Both the position numbers and the translations under genes were made by a program. Shown piece by piece: positions 16,931-26,101 of a stretch of 64,000 nucleotides of DNA. Numbering within the stretch: position 1 is the stretch's first letter; each line of letters starts with the position of its first letter. The stretch covers positions 23,004-87,003 of IMG/VR virus record IMGVR_UViG_3300041411_000085; one strand, given 5' to 3'. The notes under the pieces are model-generated. The model did not search any database. It saw nothing but the letters and a program-made list of their open reading frames with translations, and was not told the DNA's origin. Origin of the DNA: a virus.

Positions 16931-17238
16931 TTGGTTTGTTCCCATTCGTACTGTTCAAGCATCTGTTGTTGGGTAACTTCAATATGAGAGAGCCACTTTT
17001 CACTCCAAACTTCTTTGTCGGACTCTTCAAGATGATGCTGACATCATGCAACAGATCCATAATGGTTTGCATATCAATGTCGTTCATTCAAGTTTCCTCA
17101 ATTTCCATCCGTTTAACAATCTACCCAAACAATACCCCAATTTCCCTCACAAAACAACCCTTTCATGCGGCTTTTTCGTATGTTTAAGCCACGTTAGGGC
17201 TTAGTTGGTACAGCACTAGGCTGAGCGATATAGTCTGT

Positions 17239-17553
17239 TTAATTCCACTCCAAAACACTATTCTTCAATGTCTGCATCAATTCTTTATAATCCATCTCAC
17301 CGGGCTGTTGAAATTTCTTCAAGGATTCTTCCAACCACAAAGCTTCCACACCATCACATTCTATGAAATCCACAAGAGGGGTGTCTAGAATGTAGGCGTG
17401 TCCTTCATTTGTGTAGATTGTTTGCCCTGTAAGTCTACACACAAAATCTTCGTTAACTTCGATAATGGCTTCGATAATATAACAGCCATTGTGTTCCGAT
17501 AAGAGTTTACTTTGGAGGATTACTTTTTCGCCTATGCTGAAGAGGTGGTTCAT
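17239..17553 (-). CDS. hypothetical protein
   Basis: GAGGA RBS; FSIGEKV start. Confidence 0.65.
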   Translation of the reverse strand: MNHLFSIGEKVILQSKLLSEHNGCYIIEAIIEVNEDFVCRLTGQTIYTNEGHAYILDTPLVDFIECDGVEALWLEESLKKFQQPGEMDYKELMQTLKNSVLEWN

Positions 17554-17735
17554 GATTTATCCTCTTTAGTGAGCACCCGTTGACTTACGTTGGATATCAG
17601 GTATCCGCTCAATATAGTCATAGTAAGAATCTGGAAATTCTCAACAGGAAGCTTGCCGATGTACAGGAATAGAAACAAGAGCATCTGCACAACGGCAGAT
17701 AGCAGAAACTTCCTAGAAATGTATTTGATATTCAT
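17550..17735 (-). CDS. small two-TM membrane protein, holin-like
   Basis: MNIKYISRKFLLSAVV... with two hydrophobic helices and a charged C-terminal tail. Confidence 0.55.
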   Translation of the reverse strand: MNIKYISRKFLLSAVVQMLLFLFLYIGKLPVENFQILTMTILSGYLISNVSQRVLTKEDKS

Positions 17736-17980
17736 TATGCAAGTTTCTCCCAATACCAACTAATAAGTTTTGATTCAGACATCGGCTCTGTTTTATCCAA
17801 AAGATCGGTGATTGCTTTCATACACTCCTGCCCATAAAGAAACCTAGCTTGTTTAAGCTCTTCACGGGCAACCACTAATTCAAGTGGGCTGTAATCAAGA
17901 GACGAATCAGCCTCTTTGTATTGCTTTTCTGCATGCTGGAGACGTTCTAGCAGTTCGGTAAGGTGGTTCATAGGGTACAC
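17735..17980 (-). CDS. hypothetical protein
   Basis: Coupled ORF. Confidence 0.6.
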   Translation of the reverse strand: MYPMNHLTELLERLQHAEKQYKEADSSLDYSPLELVVAREELKQARFLYGQECMKAITDLLDKTEPMSESKLISWYWEKLA

Positions 17981-18159
17981 CCTTGTTGGCTCTCCAGCTG
18001 GTCAATTTTATCCAACAAGGCATGGGCAAGTTTATCACCTACAAGATCAGATGTTCTGGCTGTCCAAGGTTCTCCATTCCTGTACGCCCATAGGATATAT
18101 GTTTCCTCGCAGCGTTCAAGTCTGTATTTACCATCACCAACTTCATAAACCCTTTTCAT
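17968..18159 (-). CDS. hypothetical protein
   Basis: ORF in the run. Confidence 0.55.
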   Translation of the reverse strand: MKRVYEVGDGKYRLERCEETYILWAYRNGEPWTARTSDLVGDKLAHALLDKIDQLESQQGCTL

Positions 18160-18456
18160 TTCTGTACCCCAATAATCCTAGTCGTACGAGCTACACATTC
18201 CCACCCATCAAAATCTAGGAAATGATAACCTGAAGCATTACTCCACACAAGCAGAGTTTTATCTTTAATAGATTGATTTGTGTACTCTTCAAAATCTTTA
18301 ATGTTATTCATTTCACCAAACCCCTTGCAAACTCCATCGCATCACTCACATTTCCAAATGTCTTAGCAGTGTTGTTAAAGATTACTGTCCATTGATTATC
18401 GCGTTTAAAGGGGAGTACACCAATGGAGTTCATGAGGGCTAGTTCATGTGAGGCAT

Positions 18457-18678
18457 TCATTTTATATCTCCTTTCATAGCAACATCAATTGCTTTAGTGA
18501 TATGAACTTCTGAGGATTCTGTGTTCCCCGTTTCACAGTAAAAGTCTTTCCATGAATCGTTCAGATCTTCCCAAGGAATCAAACAATTCTTAACGAAAGC
18601 TTCCCAGCGTTCAGAGTTTTGAATCTGTTCGTCGGATACTTTGCGACTAACTACAGCCTTTTTCTTAGGTACGCTCAT
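18457..18678 (-). CDS. hypothetical protein
   Basis: GAGGA RBS. Confidence 0.6.
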   Translation of the reverse strand: MSVPKKKAVVSRKVSDEQIQNSERWEAFVKNCLIPWEDLNDSWKDFYCETGNTESSEVHITKAIDVAMKGDIK

Positions 18679-18890
18679 GATAGATCCTCAATCTCTTTTA
18701 AGAAGTCTTCTTTGGTCAGTTCATACACATGACCGCCTTTACACAAGGTAAAATCTTCAAAAGATTCTGTGCATTGATAAATCGTATACTCGTCATCCAT
18801 AAAGTTAAGGTGTTCAGTGATCCACACCCAAAAGAACCCGTCTGGATATTGTTTGAGGGTAAATCCCTTAGAAATCAATAACTCCTTCAT
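18675..18890 (-). CDS. hypothetical protein
   Basis: AGGAG RBS; downstream of the promoter at 18941. Confidence 0.65.
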   Translation of the reverse strand: MKELLISKGFTLKQYPDGFFWVWITEHLNFMDDEYTIYQCTESFEDFTLCKGGHVYELTKEDFLKEIEDLS

Positions 18891-18940
18891 AACACTCTCT
18901 CCTAAATTCCTGTGATGTATTGCTGTCTTTTGATAGCCGT

Positions 18941-18969
18941 ATTGTCTCTGTTTTGGTACGGGCTGTCAA
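18941..18969 (-). promoter_or_regulatory. sigma70-type promoter
   Basis: TTGACA-17-GACAAT. Confidence 0.6.
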
Positions 18970-19135
18970 GCGGGTTTTACAGAATTATCTACAAACCATT
19001 TACAGCCGTCATTGGGACTTTTGCAAGCTACGCACATCACCAAATACGCTTGGTACTTTGGCAGAGATTCCTGTGTGAATCTTGTGCAGGTTGACCGTCT
19101 GTCACAATCTGTTCCGTGGCATTTTACCAGATTTG

Positions 19136-19387
19136 TCACACTCTAACTCCTTCAGGAATCTCACTAAGAAATTGAGGATAGCCCCCATGATACTCAACCA
19201 CATTCTCAGTATAATCTCCATTCACTTCAAAAGACTTAGCCTCTTGGATGTGATGACTATTGATCAAGTCAAAGATGTCATGTGTAGGGATGCTGTGAGC
19301 TTCACAATACAAATCATTATCAAGATATAAACCCTCCCAGTCACCAGAACTACACTTGACTAGCGTGATGTTTTTATGTGTGATCAT
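19136..19387 (-). CDS. hypothetical protein
   Basis: GDWEGLYLD motif; coupled. Confidence 0.65.
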   Translation of the reverse strand: MITHKNITLVKCSSGDWEGLYLDNDLYCEAHSIPTHDIFDLINSHHIQEAKSFEVNGDYTENVVEYHGGYPQFLSEIPEGVRV

Positions 19388-19632
19388 TTTAAGTCCTCAA
19401 ATACATTATCTGGCACTATAGGTTTTTCAGTAATCAACACCCGGAAATTATCATCAGACAAATAGCTCCAACCACTACCTTCAATCCACTCGTCCGGTGC
19501 AGTTCCTCGATAATAGTTTTGCACAACAGATTGATAGGGTTGACGAACGGCTGTAGACACCCAACCTTTCCAGACAATCCAACAGTGTCCGTGGAACTTT
19601 TCAGGAAGCTCGCTTGGTTTAATCCAATTCAC
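19384..19632 (-). CDS. hypothetical protein (DUF551-like N-terminus)
   Basis: MNWIKPSELP start. Confidence 0.6.
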   Translation of the reverse strand: MNWIKPSELPEKFHGHCWIVWKGWVSTAVRQPYQSVVQNYYRGTAPDEWIEGSGWSYLSDDNFRVLITEKPIVPDNVFEDLK

Positions 19633-19945
19633 TGTTCTTCTCCCAAATCAAATTCAAGCGCTTCAATAATATTTGTAATCTCATCTGTCACAGACCAGTC
19701 ATATTCCAATTCTTTCTCCAACAAGTGTTTAGCATTTTGGGAGGAGGGTGATAGTGTTGAGAATTGTTTGTTTACGTTGGATCATACCCACCCTCCTTTG
19801 ATTAACAAATAAGTCCACTTAGTTACCAGTACAGGCCAGAACGCAAACAACTTCAAGGTCCCTAAAGCGGAGATATTAAAGAACATTCGCCCTATGATAG
19901 CAATGATTGTACCTGTCCATAAATATAATACAACAAATGAAATAG

Positions 19946-20158
19946 TCATTGTTTAAGTTCCGTATCAGGACGTGCTGTCCATTGCCATTCTTTACAGTTC
20001 TCTTGCCAAGCCTCTTCAAACCAATCGTTAGTATTCTCAAGACACGCCCAATACTTCCCATCACCTTCATCTTTGTAGAACCATGCTGCACAGACAAGTC
20101 CTGTAGCCGGTTGATACCATTGTGCTTCTTCTGGCGCTTTGTTCCAATCGATATTCAT
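19946..20158 (-). CDS. hypothetical protein
   Basis: IDWNKAPEEA start; GAGGAG RBS. Confidence 0.65.
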   Translation of the reverse strand: MNIDWNKAPEEAQWYQPATGLVCAAWFYKDEGDGKYWACLENTNDWFEEAWQENCKEWQWTARPDTELKQ

Positions 20159-20541
20159 TTCTCATCTCCTCTCTTACTAAACGTATGCACAACTACAAGT
20201 TTCTCTTCAGAAACACAGTCTACATCATATGCGTAAGGAATCCAATCGATTGCTTCTGGTTCACCATGTTTTCCGCCACCATGCCAGTATGTGAACCCAA
20301 CCCAATCACCGTTGGGACACTGAACAGCTACAGCCTCAGATTCATAGTGTCGAGAATAGTCACAAGGGAGTCCTGTAGAAATTCCTGAACAACGAATCTC
20401 TGACTTAGCATCTTGCAAGCAATCGGCTTCGTCCCAAAAAATTTCAATATCATCTTCAGACATATTTTTAGGAAGCTTAATCTCATCCCATTCAGCTTGT
20501 AGGGCAAGGATTGCGTATTTCAGTTTGTATTCTGGTTTCAT
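20155..20541 (-). CDS. hypothetical phage protein
   Basis: GGAG RBS; 128 aa. Confidence 0.7.
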   Translation of the reverse strand: MKPEYKLKYAILALQAEWDEIKLPKNMSEDDIEIFWDEADCLQDAKSEIRCSGISTGLPCDYSRHYESEAVAVQCPNGDWVGFTYWHGGGKHGEPEAIDWIPYAYDVDCVSEEKLVVVHTFSKRGDEK

Positions 20542-20828
20542 TTAATATCTCCAGTAATTGGGCCAAACGATTCAAACCCACCAACACCTAAAACACAGTC
20601 GAAGTAATCGCTACCTGTTCCTGTGTATGTTGGTTGTTTCAGTTCATCTAGTCGTTCATGTACACGGTCTAGTAGTTTCTTGAGTGATAGGTTTTCTCTA
20701 ACTTGAAGTTCATACGCCTCAAATAGTTCTTCGTAGTCTTCACGTTGATACCACCAACCACTTTGATCAACGTAAGTTCCATAACCATCGCCTACTGTCC
20801 AGCAATCAGCTTTTTCAAGTTGTTTCAT
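20538..20828 (-). CDS. hypothetical protein
   Basis: Coupled ORF. Confidence 0.65.
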   Translation of the reverse strand: MKQLEKADCWTVGDGYGTYVDQSGWWYQREDYEELFEAYELQVRENLSLKKLLDRVHERLDELKQPTYTGTGSDYFDCVLGVGGFESFGPITGDIK

Positions 20829-21037
20829 TCTCCAAACCCCCGAAATTCATTAACCAAAACATAACATTTACCGGTTCCCGACACGTCGCTTTTCTCCACA
20901 CCAATCACGCAGACATGCATCCCCTTACCTAGATCATCAGGACACTTTCCAACACGAATCACTAGCTCTTTTCCCGCCAAGTCTTCCCATTTGAAGATTG
21001 ATTTATCTAGGGTGTCTTTGGTGAATAGTGATGTCAT
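20825..21037 (-). CDS. hypothetical protein
   Basis: Coupled ORF. Confidence 0.6.
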   Translation of the reverse strand: MTSLFTKDTLDKSIFKWEDLAGKELVIRVGKCPDDLGKGMHVCVIGVEKSDVSGTGKCYVLVNEFRGFGE

Positions 21038-21294
21038 CAGAAAACATCCTCTTCCTCATAAACCACGTTGATTCCTTTACCATACTCCTTGTAGTAACCT
21101 TTCGGGCATTTGGAATATGAATATTCTTTCCAGTCTGTAATGGTTAGCACACGCTCAGGGTAGGCTTCAATTGTAAACTTATTTCCTTCACGAATACCAT
21201 ACCAAGCACCATTGCAAACGTAATACTTGCCTGTTGATTGCTCAATTACACATAGCAGATTAGCTTCCTTTGAAAACATATAAACGTCTTTCAT
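21037..21294 (-). CDS. hypothetical protein
   Basis: GGAGAGG RBS. Confidence 0.65.
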   Translation of the reverse strand: MKDVYMFSKEANLLCVIEQSTGKYYVCNGAWYGIREGNKFTIEAYPERVLTITDWKEYSYSKCPKGYYKEYGKGINVVYEEEDVF

Positions 21295-21503
21295 TTAATC
21301 CTCTCCTTAGCAACCCAGACAAGTATCTCCACAGCCATCTCCTGTTGATCACTAAACTCATAGCTTCCGAAGTATTTGTAAGCTGTCTGCTCAATAGTCC
21401 ATTGTATCTCTTCCGTAGTGAAGTGTATAGCACCCTTTTGCTCAGCACTCCAAGATGTACGTTCCATGTAGAATTGATTGTATGTCCAAGTGTCGAATAT
21501 CAT
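21291..21503 (-). CDS. hypothetical protein
   Basis: AAGGAG RBS. Confidence 0.6.
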   Translation of the reverse strand: MIFDTWTYNQFYMERTSWSAEQKGAIHFTTEEIQWTIEQTAYKYFGSYEFSDQQEMAVEILVWVAKERIK

Positions 21504-21623
21504 TCATCTAACTCCTTAACAAACTCTATCAATCGCTGTACATCTTCTCTTGATAGGACTTTACGAGCCAGCCACCAAACACTTCTGCACGTTGGTGATA
21601 GGCATCAATTTGTTCCCATTCCA

Positions 21624-21824
21624 TTAGATTTGCTCCACTTCAAACTCTGCAATACCACACAGACAACGGCCGATAGATTTTAAGTATTTCTGAATATCTT
21701 CTAGTGCATTGTCTGCACACCATGAGGATTCAGTCAAATGAAAATCAACCATACTTTCATCAAAATCATCTGGATATTCAATCTCATACTCTACAGTCAT
21801 TTTAATCTTAAATTTATTCATCAA
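21624..21824 (-). CDS. hypothetical protein
   Basis: GGAGAGG RBS. Confidence 0.6.
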   Translation of the reverse strand: MMNKFKIKMTVEYEIEYPDDFDESMVDFHLTESSWCADNALEDIQKYLKSIGRCLCGIAEFEVEQI

Positions 21825-22096
21825 TACCTCTCCTTAACTCTGTAATAAGGCTTCTTAACTTCCTTCACAGGCATAGCATGCCAACTTGTATCTTCTGAAT
21901 ATTCATCAACGATGCAGATATCCGGTGCAATACCACCATACGCATCATCCTTTCCAATATACACAACCTCATGACCATCTGAAATGATCTGGTCAATGAC
22001 GAGTTGTTGTCTAGGGTCCATGTCTCCGATTACTGCGATGATCATTTTATCTCTCCTTTCACGCCAAGATTTTACTTTCTTGGAGCACATTAGCAT
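21821..22096 (-). CDS. hypothetical protein
   Basis: The real start is probably MIIAVIG, after AAGGAGAG. Confidence 0.55.
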   Translation of the reverse strand: MLMCSKKVKSWRERRDKMIIAVIGDMDPRQQLVIDQIISDGHEVVYIGKDDAYGGIAPDICIVDEYSEDTSWHAMPVKEVKKPYYRVKERY

Positions 22097-23378
22097 CCTT
22101 CCAAGACATTTTCAAGGGGATTAATGATGCAATACCAAATTCCTCCCTAAAAGCGTCACCCATAGCATTCTCCAAGAGGCCCACGTCAGACATTCTGACC
22201 ACAAAACTGTCATGGATTGGCAGGATTGGCTTCATTTCATCTACAAATTTCTCAATTACTCGTTGAGCGAGGTACGAATCTGCGTTCTGTAGTGCTAGCC
22301 CAAACGAATCATCCCGGCAATAGCAAGGAATAAAGTCAGGAGTCATACTGTAAATGTGTTCGCGGGCTTTCTTACCAGTGTTTAGGCTCTTATCAATGCT
22401 CCAACCTTGAGATTTAAATTTAGTAATCTCTTTGTTGATTGCACGATCAGCGCTATCTTCAGTTTTGGAGTTAAACAGAATGTTAATAGACAATTTAATC
22501 AGTTCACGATGGTCATCATTCTGTAACCGCTCAGGTAGAATATCCATGTACACGTCAAGCGGTAGGTTCTCCATACTGATCTGTTCCATCAAGCTGGCAA
22601 GCCTGTAGTGAAGATTAGAGAAATCAATTTCCACAACCTGTTCACCATTGATAGTGATATCAAGGCGTGCCTTAGTCTTCTTGTGTTTAATCTTCAAAGC
22701 GTCAGAATGAAAGTAACGCCCACCGTGTTCAAAGTCTTTATTAAAGATACGAGAGTAGATGTTAGTCATAACATTACCTTCGCCATCTTTAATATCATGC
22801 AATTCATTAATACGGTTAAGTTTCTCTACAACCTTACGCGCAGCTTTGATATTCTTATTATCTTGATAGTCAATAGCTTTACCATACTCGTTACGGAGGA
22901 TGATTGTTTGAAGGCTGGCATTGTAAGCAGCAATAGCACTCTGAACCTCTTCATCTTTAGAACAAAATTCAGCAACAAAGGCTTCAGATGGTGTGATGTA
23001 AGACATGATTCTCTTTTCCTTATCTATATGTGCTTTGCCAATGAAATTGTGAATATATCCTATTTCTTCAAGCACTGCAATACATTTCATCAGACGATGG
23101 GCTGTTATTCCCCGTCTGTCATACTTAGTTTTGATTGGTGAGTGGTTGACCTTATCTCTTGAGTATAGAAGATTCTCATTCTTCTTAATGCAAGCAATCA
23201 GATTCATAACCACTACACCACTTAATTCCTTATCTACAATAGCTTCTATATGTCTAAGCTTATTAACTACTGACTTAGATAGATTAATACTGTAGGTAAG
23301 CAATCTACTCCTTGTATTCTTCTCTTCTCCTTCCTCTTCTATCACTATTCTACTCCTTCCTCTTCCTCTTCTGTTCAT
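22059..23378 (-). CDS. compact nucleotide polymerase of the PolA / T7-RNA-polymerase superfamily (TV-Pol-like)
   Basis: HGGRYF; motif A EIDFSNLHYR; motif B RELIKLSINILFN; LQNADS; motif C LPIHDSF; no exonuclease domain. Confidence 0.7.
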   Translation of the reverse strand: MNRRGRGRSRIVIEEEGEEKNTRSRLLTYSINLSKSVVNKLRHIEAIVDKELSGVVVMNLIACIKKNENLLYSRDKVNHSPIKTKYDRRGITAHRLMKCIAVLEEIGYIHNFIGKAHIDKEKRIMSYITPSEAFVAEFCSKDEEVQSAIAAYNASLQTIILRNEYGKAIDYQDNKNIKAARKVVEKLNRINELHDIKDGEGNVMTNIYSRIFNKDFEHGGRYFHSDALKIKHKKTKARLDITINGEQVVEIDFSNLHYRLASLMEQISMENLPLDVYMDILPERLQNDDHRELIKLSINILFNSKTEDSADRAINKEITKFKSQGWSIDKSLNTGKKAREHIYSMTPDFIPCYCRDDSFGLALQNADSYLAQRVIEKFVDEMKPILPIHDSFVVRMSDVGLLENAMGDAFREEFGIASLIPLKMSWKDANVLQESKILA

Positions 23379-23453
23379 ATAAGTAATTTAGTACTACAAA
23401 ACATAGGTTTGAGTCAATGTTTATAGGGGTTTGAGGCTAAATCCCATGTCACC

Positions 23454-23759
23454 CTAATCCTCAATCCCATCATCAAAATGCCTACGAATCAAATACTGTC
23501 GCCACTCTTCAGACACTTCATAATCCTTCTTTGTGTGGTTGTCAAAGAAATACATAGCCCAACCACTGCTACTAATAATCCCACCTTCTTGGATAGGTTT
23601 ACCCCAAGATTCCTCTACATTCAGCACCTCACCTTCAACGTATGTAGATGCAAGATAGCGTGATTTACTAAGGACAACTGAAGAGTATTTCTTTCCTGAG
23701 TGTAAATGTGTAACGTACCAAGCTTTAAGGTTGTTCATTACAAACTCCACAAATAACAA
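23454..23759 (-). CDS. hypothetical protein
   Basis: Likely start at MNNLKAW after GGAG. Confidence 0.6.
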   Translation of the reverse strand: MLFVEFVMNNLKAWYVTHLHSGKKYSSVVLSKSRYLASTYVEGEVLNVEESWGKPIQEGGIISSSGWAMYFFDNHTKKDYEVSEEWRQYLIRRHFDDGIED

Positions 23760-24019
23760 GCAAGGAAACCAATGAGAAATCCTACCACAATTTGAGTGTA
23801 ATTACTTACCCTGTACTCACTACCAATCCTGTCTCCACACTCGCCAAGGTTCAACAAACCACCTACAACTAGCGTAAAAGACAGCAAGAAAAGAACTACC
23901 AATCCAATGATAGATAAGATTGTCATAACTATTTGCTCCTTAAGCCCATAACGGCGTTTGAGTGTAAAGGACGGTAGTTCGTATCCCCTCACCAGTCTCT
24001 TTCTGGAGTAGGTGTACAT
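23738..24019 (-). CDS. small two-TM membrane protein
   Basis: Likely start at MTILSIIG after AAGGAG; two hydrophobic helices. Confidence 0.55.
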   Translation of the reverse strand: MYTYSRKRLVRGYELPSFTLKRRYGLKEQIVMTILSIIGLVVLFLLSFTLVVGGLLNLGECGDRIGSEYRVSNYTQIVVGFLIGFLACYLWSL

Positions 24020-24206
24020 CTTCTGCTGTGATTTGTTTCATTTGGTGTTCTCCAATTGACTAACCCAAGATAAAAGCTCATTGTAGTCTGAGAACCACTT
24101 CAGCATACCATCAGAAACCCTGACCTTGTATGTCGGTGTGATGTTGACTACAATTTCTTGGTACTCTCTGTACCATTCGTGAGTCATGGCCCACTTAACC
24201 TGCTCT

Positions 24207-24422
24207 TTAGTCACCACTCTTCTCCCTTCCATTCCATTCCACATCAAACACAGGACACCCATCAGGCAGCTTCCTGACATACGTATCATAATCCATAAAA
24301 TTCCCTACAATGGAGAATATTCCCTGTGAGTTCATGGCCCATTTATGGAGTATCATCTCCTTATCTCTTAGCTTAAGCTTCTGTCCTGTGGATGTGTCAA
24401 TTATTTTGAATTTCTTTTTCAT
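24207..24422 (-). CDS. hypothetical protein
   Basis: AAGGAG RBS. Confidence 0.6.
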   Translation of the reverse strand: MKKKFKIIDTSTGQKLKLRDKEMILHKWAMNSQGIFSIVGNFMDYDTYVRKLPDGCPVFDVEWNGREKSGD

Positions 24423-24580
24423 TTGTTATTCTCCTTACCATAGAGAAATGCTTGGTATGCACATTCGACAAATTCTTCTACATAGGTATGAGGGGATTCA
24501 TAATCAGGGCAGAGAAAATCATCCTCTCCGTTCTCATTCCAGCCCGATTTCCTAAACCACACTTCAAATTCTTCTTTCAT
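24419..24580 (-). CDS. hypothetical protein, first gene of the leftward block
   Basis: AGGAGG RBS before MKEEFE. Confidence 0.6.
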   Translation of the reverse strand: MKEEFEVWFRKSGWNENGEDDFLCPDYESPHTYVEEFVECAYQAFLYGKENNK

Positions 24581-24607
24581 GTTGCTTCCTCCTATTGATT
24601 TCCACAC

Positions 24608-24636
24608 AGTATGCCTCCATCACCAACCCCTGTCAA
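24608..24636 (-). promoter_or_regulatory. leftward promoter of a divergent pair
   Basis: TTGACA-17-CATACT. Confidence 0.75.
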
Positions 24637-24733
24637 GCACCTCTTCGAAAAATCTTCTGACAGATGCTAAATAAATTTACCCAAGGGATTTTCCCTGAAT
24701 AGGTCGCCTTAAATAATATTTTTAAATCAGTGC

Positions 24734-24762
24734 TTGACAGGTGTAGGGGTGAGGGGTAGGAT
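24734..24762 (+). promoter_or_regulatory. rightward promoter of a divergent pair
   Basis: TTGACA-17-TAGGAT. Confidence 0.75.
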
Positions 24763-24796
24763 TGGTGTATTGAAAGACAACTGAATGAGGTGTGAA

Positions 24797-24967
24797 ATGC
24801 TCAGCCAAGAAGCTAAGTCAGATAAAGGTGAAATCCGGTACATGTGGGAAGGTAAAAATAACACCTACTGGGCACTTATCAGCTACTGGATTGGCACAGG
24901 CTATCAGAGTGTTGAGCGTGAAGTTGTAAGAAATGTTTATGAAGGGTGGCTGATCGATAATGAATGA
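24797..24967 (+). CDS. hypothetical protein
   Basis: GAGGT RBS before MLSQ. Confidence 0.55.
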   Translation: MLSQEAKSDKGEIRYMWEGKNNTYWALISYWIGTGYQSVEREVVRNVYEGWLIDNE

Positions 24968-25181
24968 AGTCATAGAACAACTTGAGGCTGCAATTGCAGC
25001 CTCTTATGAGGAAATGATAGGGCTCGGTTGGATACCTAGAGCCGCAGTTGTCCCAAACAGGTATAGTGAAAGCTTCATAGATTTGGTATTGACAAGGCTG
25101 ACAGTGTTTAGTAAGCTTTCATTTGGTGAGGCGACAAAGTTAACCTTTGAAATTCAACAGTACTTGGCAGATAGTGCCTAA
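24960..25181 (+). CDS. hypothetical protein
   Basis: Overlapping ORF. Confidence 0.55.
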   Translation: MNEVIEQLEAAIAASYEEMIGLGWIPRAAVVPNRYSESFIDLVLTRLTVFSKLSFGEATKLTFEIQQYLADSA

Positions 25182-25202
25182 CGGACTAAATAGGAAATTG
25201 AG

Positions 25203-25472
25203 ATGAATTTTGTAGAGCTAATCCAAGCGACGAAGGAAACACACTGCAACGATGAGCTAGTGGTAAGCCTTATGCAAAGGGCTTGGGATGAGAGCAAACA
25301 CGACAATAAACCACTTGCACAGATCAAATATGTAGATTACCCTTGCCAAGGTTGGTTTAAAAATAAATCAAAACCTTTTTACACAGTACAGAATACATCT
25401 GCTACAGTCATTCTCCAAACGCTGAGGGAGGCTGAAGATTGGGCTGTAGAAAATGGTATGAGAGCCTCTTGA
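25203..25472 (+). CDS. hypothetical protein
   Basis: AGGA RBS. Confidence 0.6.
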   Translation: MNFVELIQATKETHCNDELVVSLMQRAWDESKHDNKPLAQIKYVDYPCQGWFKNKSKPFYTVQNTSATVILQTLREAEDWAVENGMRAS

Positions 25473-25599
25473 CTCCTCACAAACAATGTGACAATATGCG
25501 ATGAGACTGAAGTCTCTACTGACGTAAGATGTAAGCAAATAAATTTGAATACTTATTAATGTAATACTATGCAGCGAAAGATGCTGTGGGAGAGATGGG

Positions 25600-25851
25600 A
25601 TGAGCACAGAGAAATTTAAACAGTTATTGGCTAACCTTGAATTTGTTGTAGGTGGTGAACCTTCTGAATGGTATGCTGAAAGGGAGAAATTGATTGATTA
25701 TGTCGAAGAGCTTGATGTTTGGAGTCGCTTTGCTGGATACCTTCTTGATCATTGTGAAGGTGAAACAATCTACGAAGAAAGTCTTCAGTATTGGTTGAGC
25801 GAGATGCTTAGGAAAGAAAAGGATGCAGCAGCTAAGTTAGATGGAAAATAA
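25600..25851 (+). CDS. hypothetical protein
   Basis: GGGAG RBS. Confidence 0.65.
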   Translation: MSTEKFKQLLANLEFVVGGEPSEWYAEREKLIDYVEELDVWSRFAGYLLDHCEGETIYEESLQYWLSEMLRKEKDAAAKLDGK

Positions 25852-25875
25852 ATTGAATGGTTGGGAGGAGTGATT

Positions 25876-26046
25876 ATGAGCAAGAAATTTGGTAAAAGTG
25901 TTATCGCAGAGCTGCAACGGATTCGTTATGTACTTGACAACATGGAAAACTGTGAGGATGGTGAAGAGATGATCCATATTGCACAAGAGATTTCAGCAGA
26001 TGTTGAGTCTCTGGAACAAGTGGTTGAAGAGAAATTTAAGCTCTGA
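25876..26046 (+). CDS. hypothetical protein
   Basis: GGAGGAG RBS before MSKK. Confidence 0.6.
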   Translation: MSKKFGKSVIAELQRIRYVLDNMENCEDGEEMIHIAQEISADVESLEQVVEEKFKL

Positions 26047-26101
26047 CATCTTGAAGCAATTTGATTAATACTCTTTGCAGGGTGTTGGAGGGGAGAAGAG
26101 C

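Noticed and set aside
17225-17238. GATATAGTC resembling the group I intron S element
   Set aside because: It is on the strand opposite the genes and has no upstream GACTA partner.
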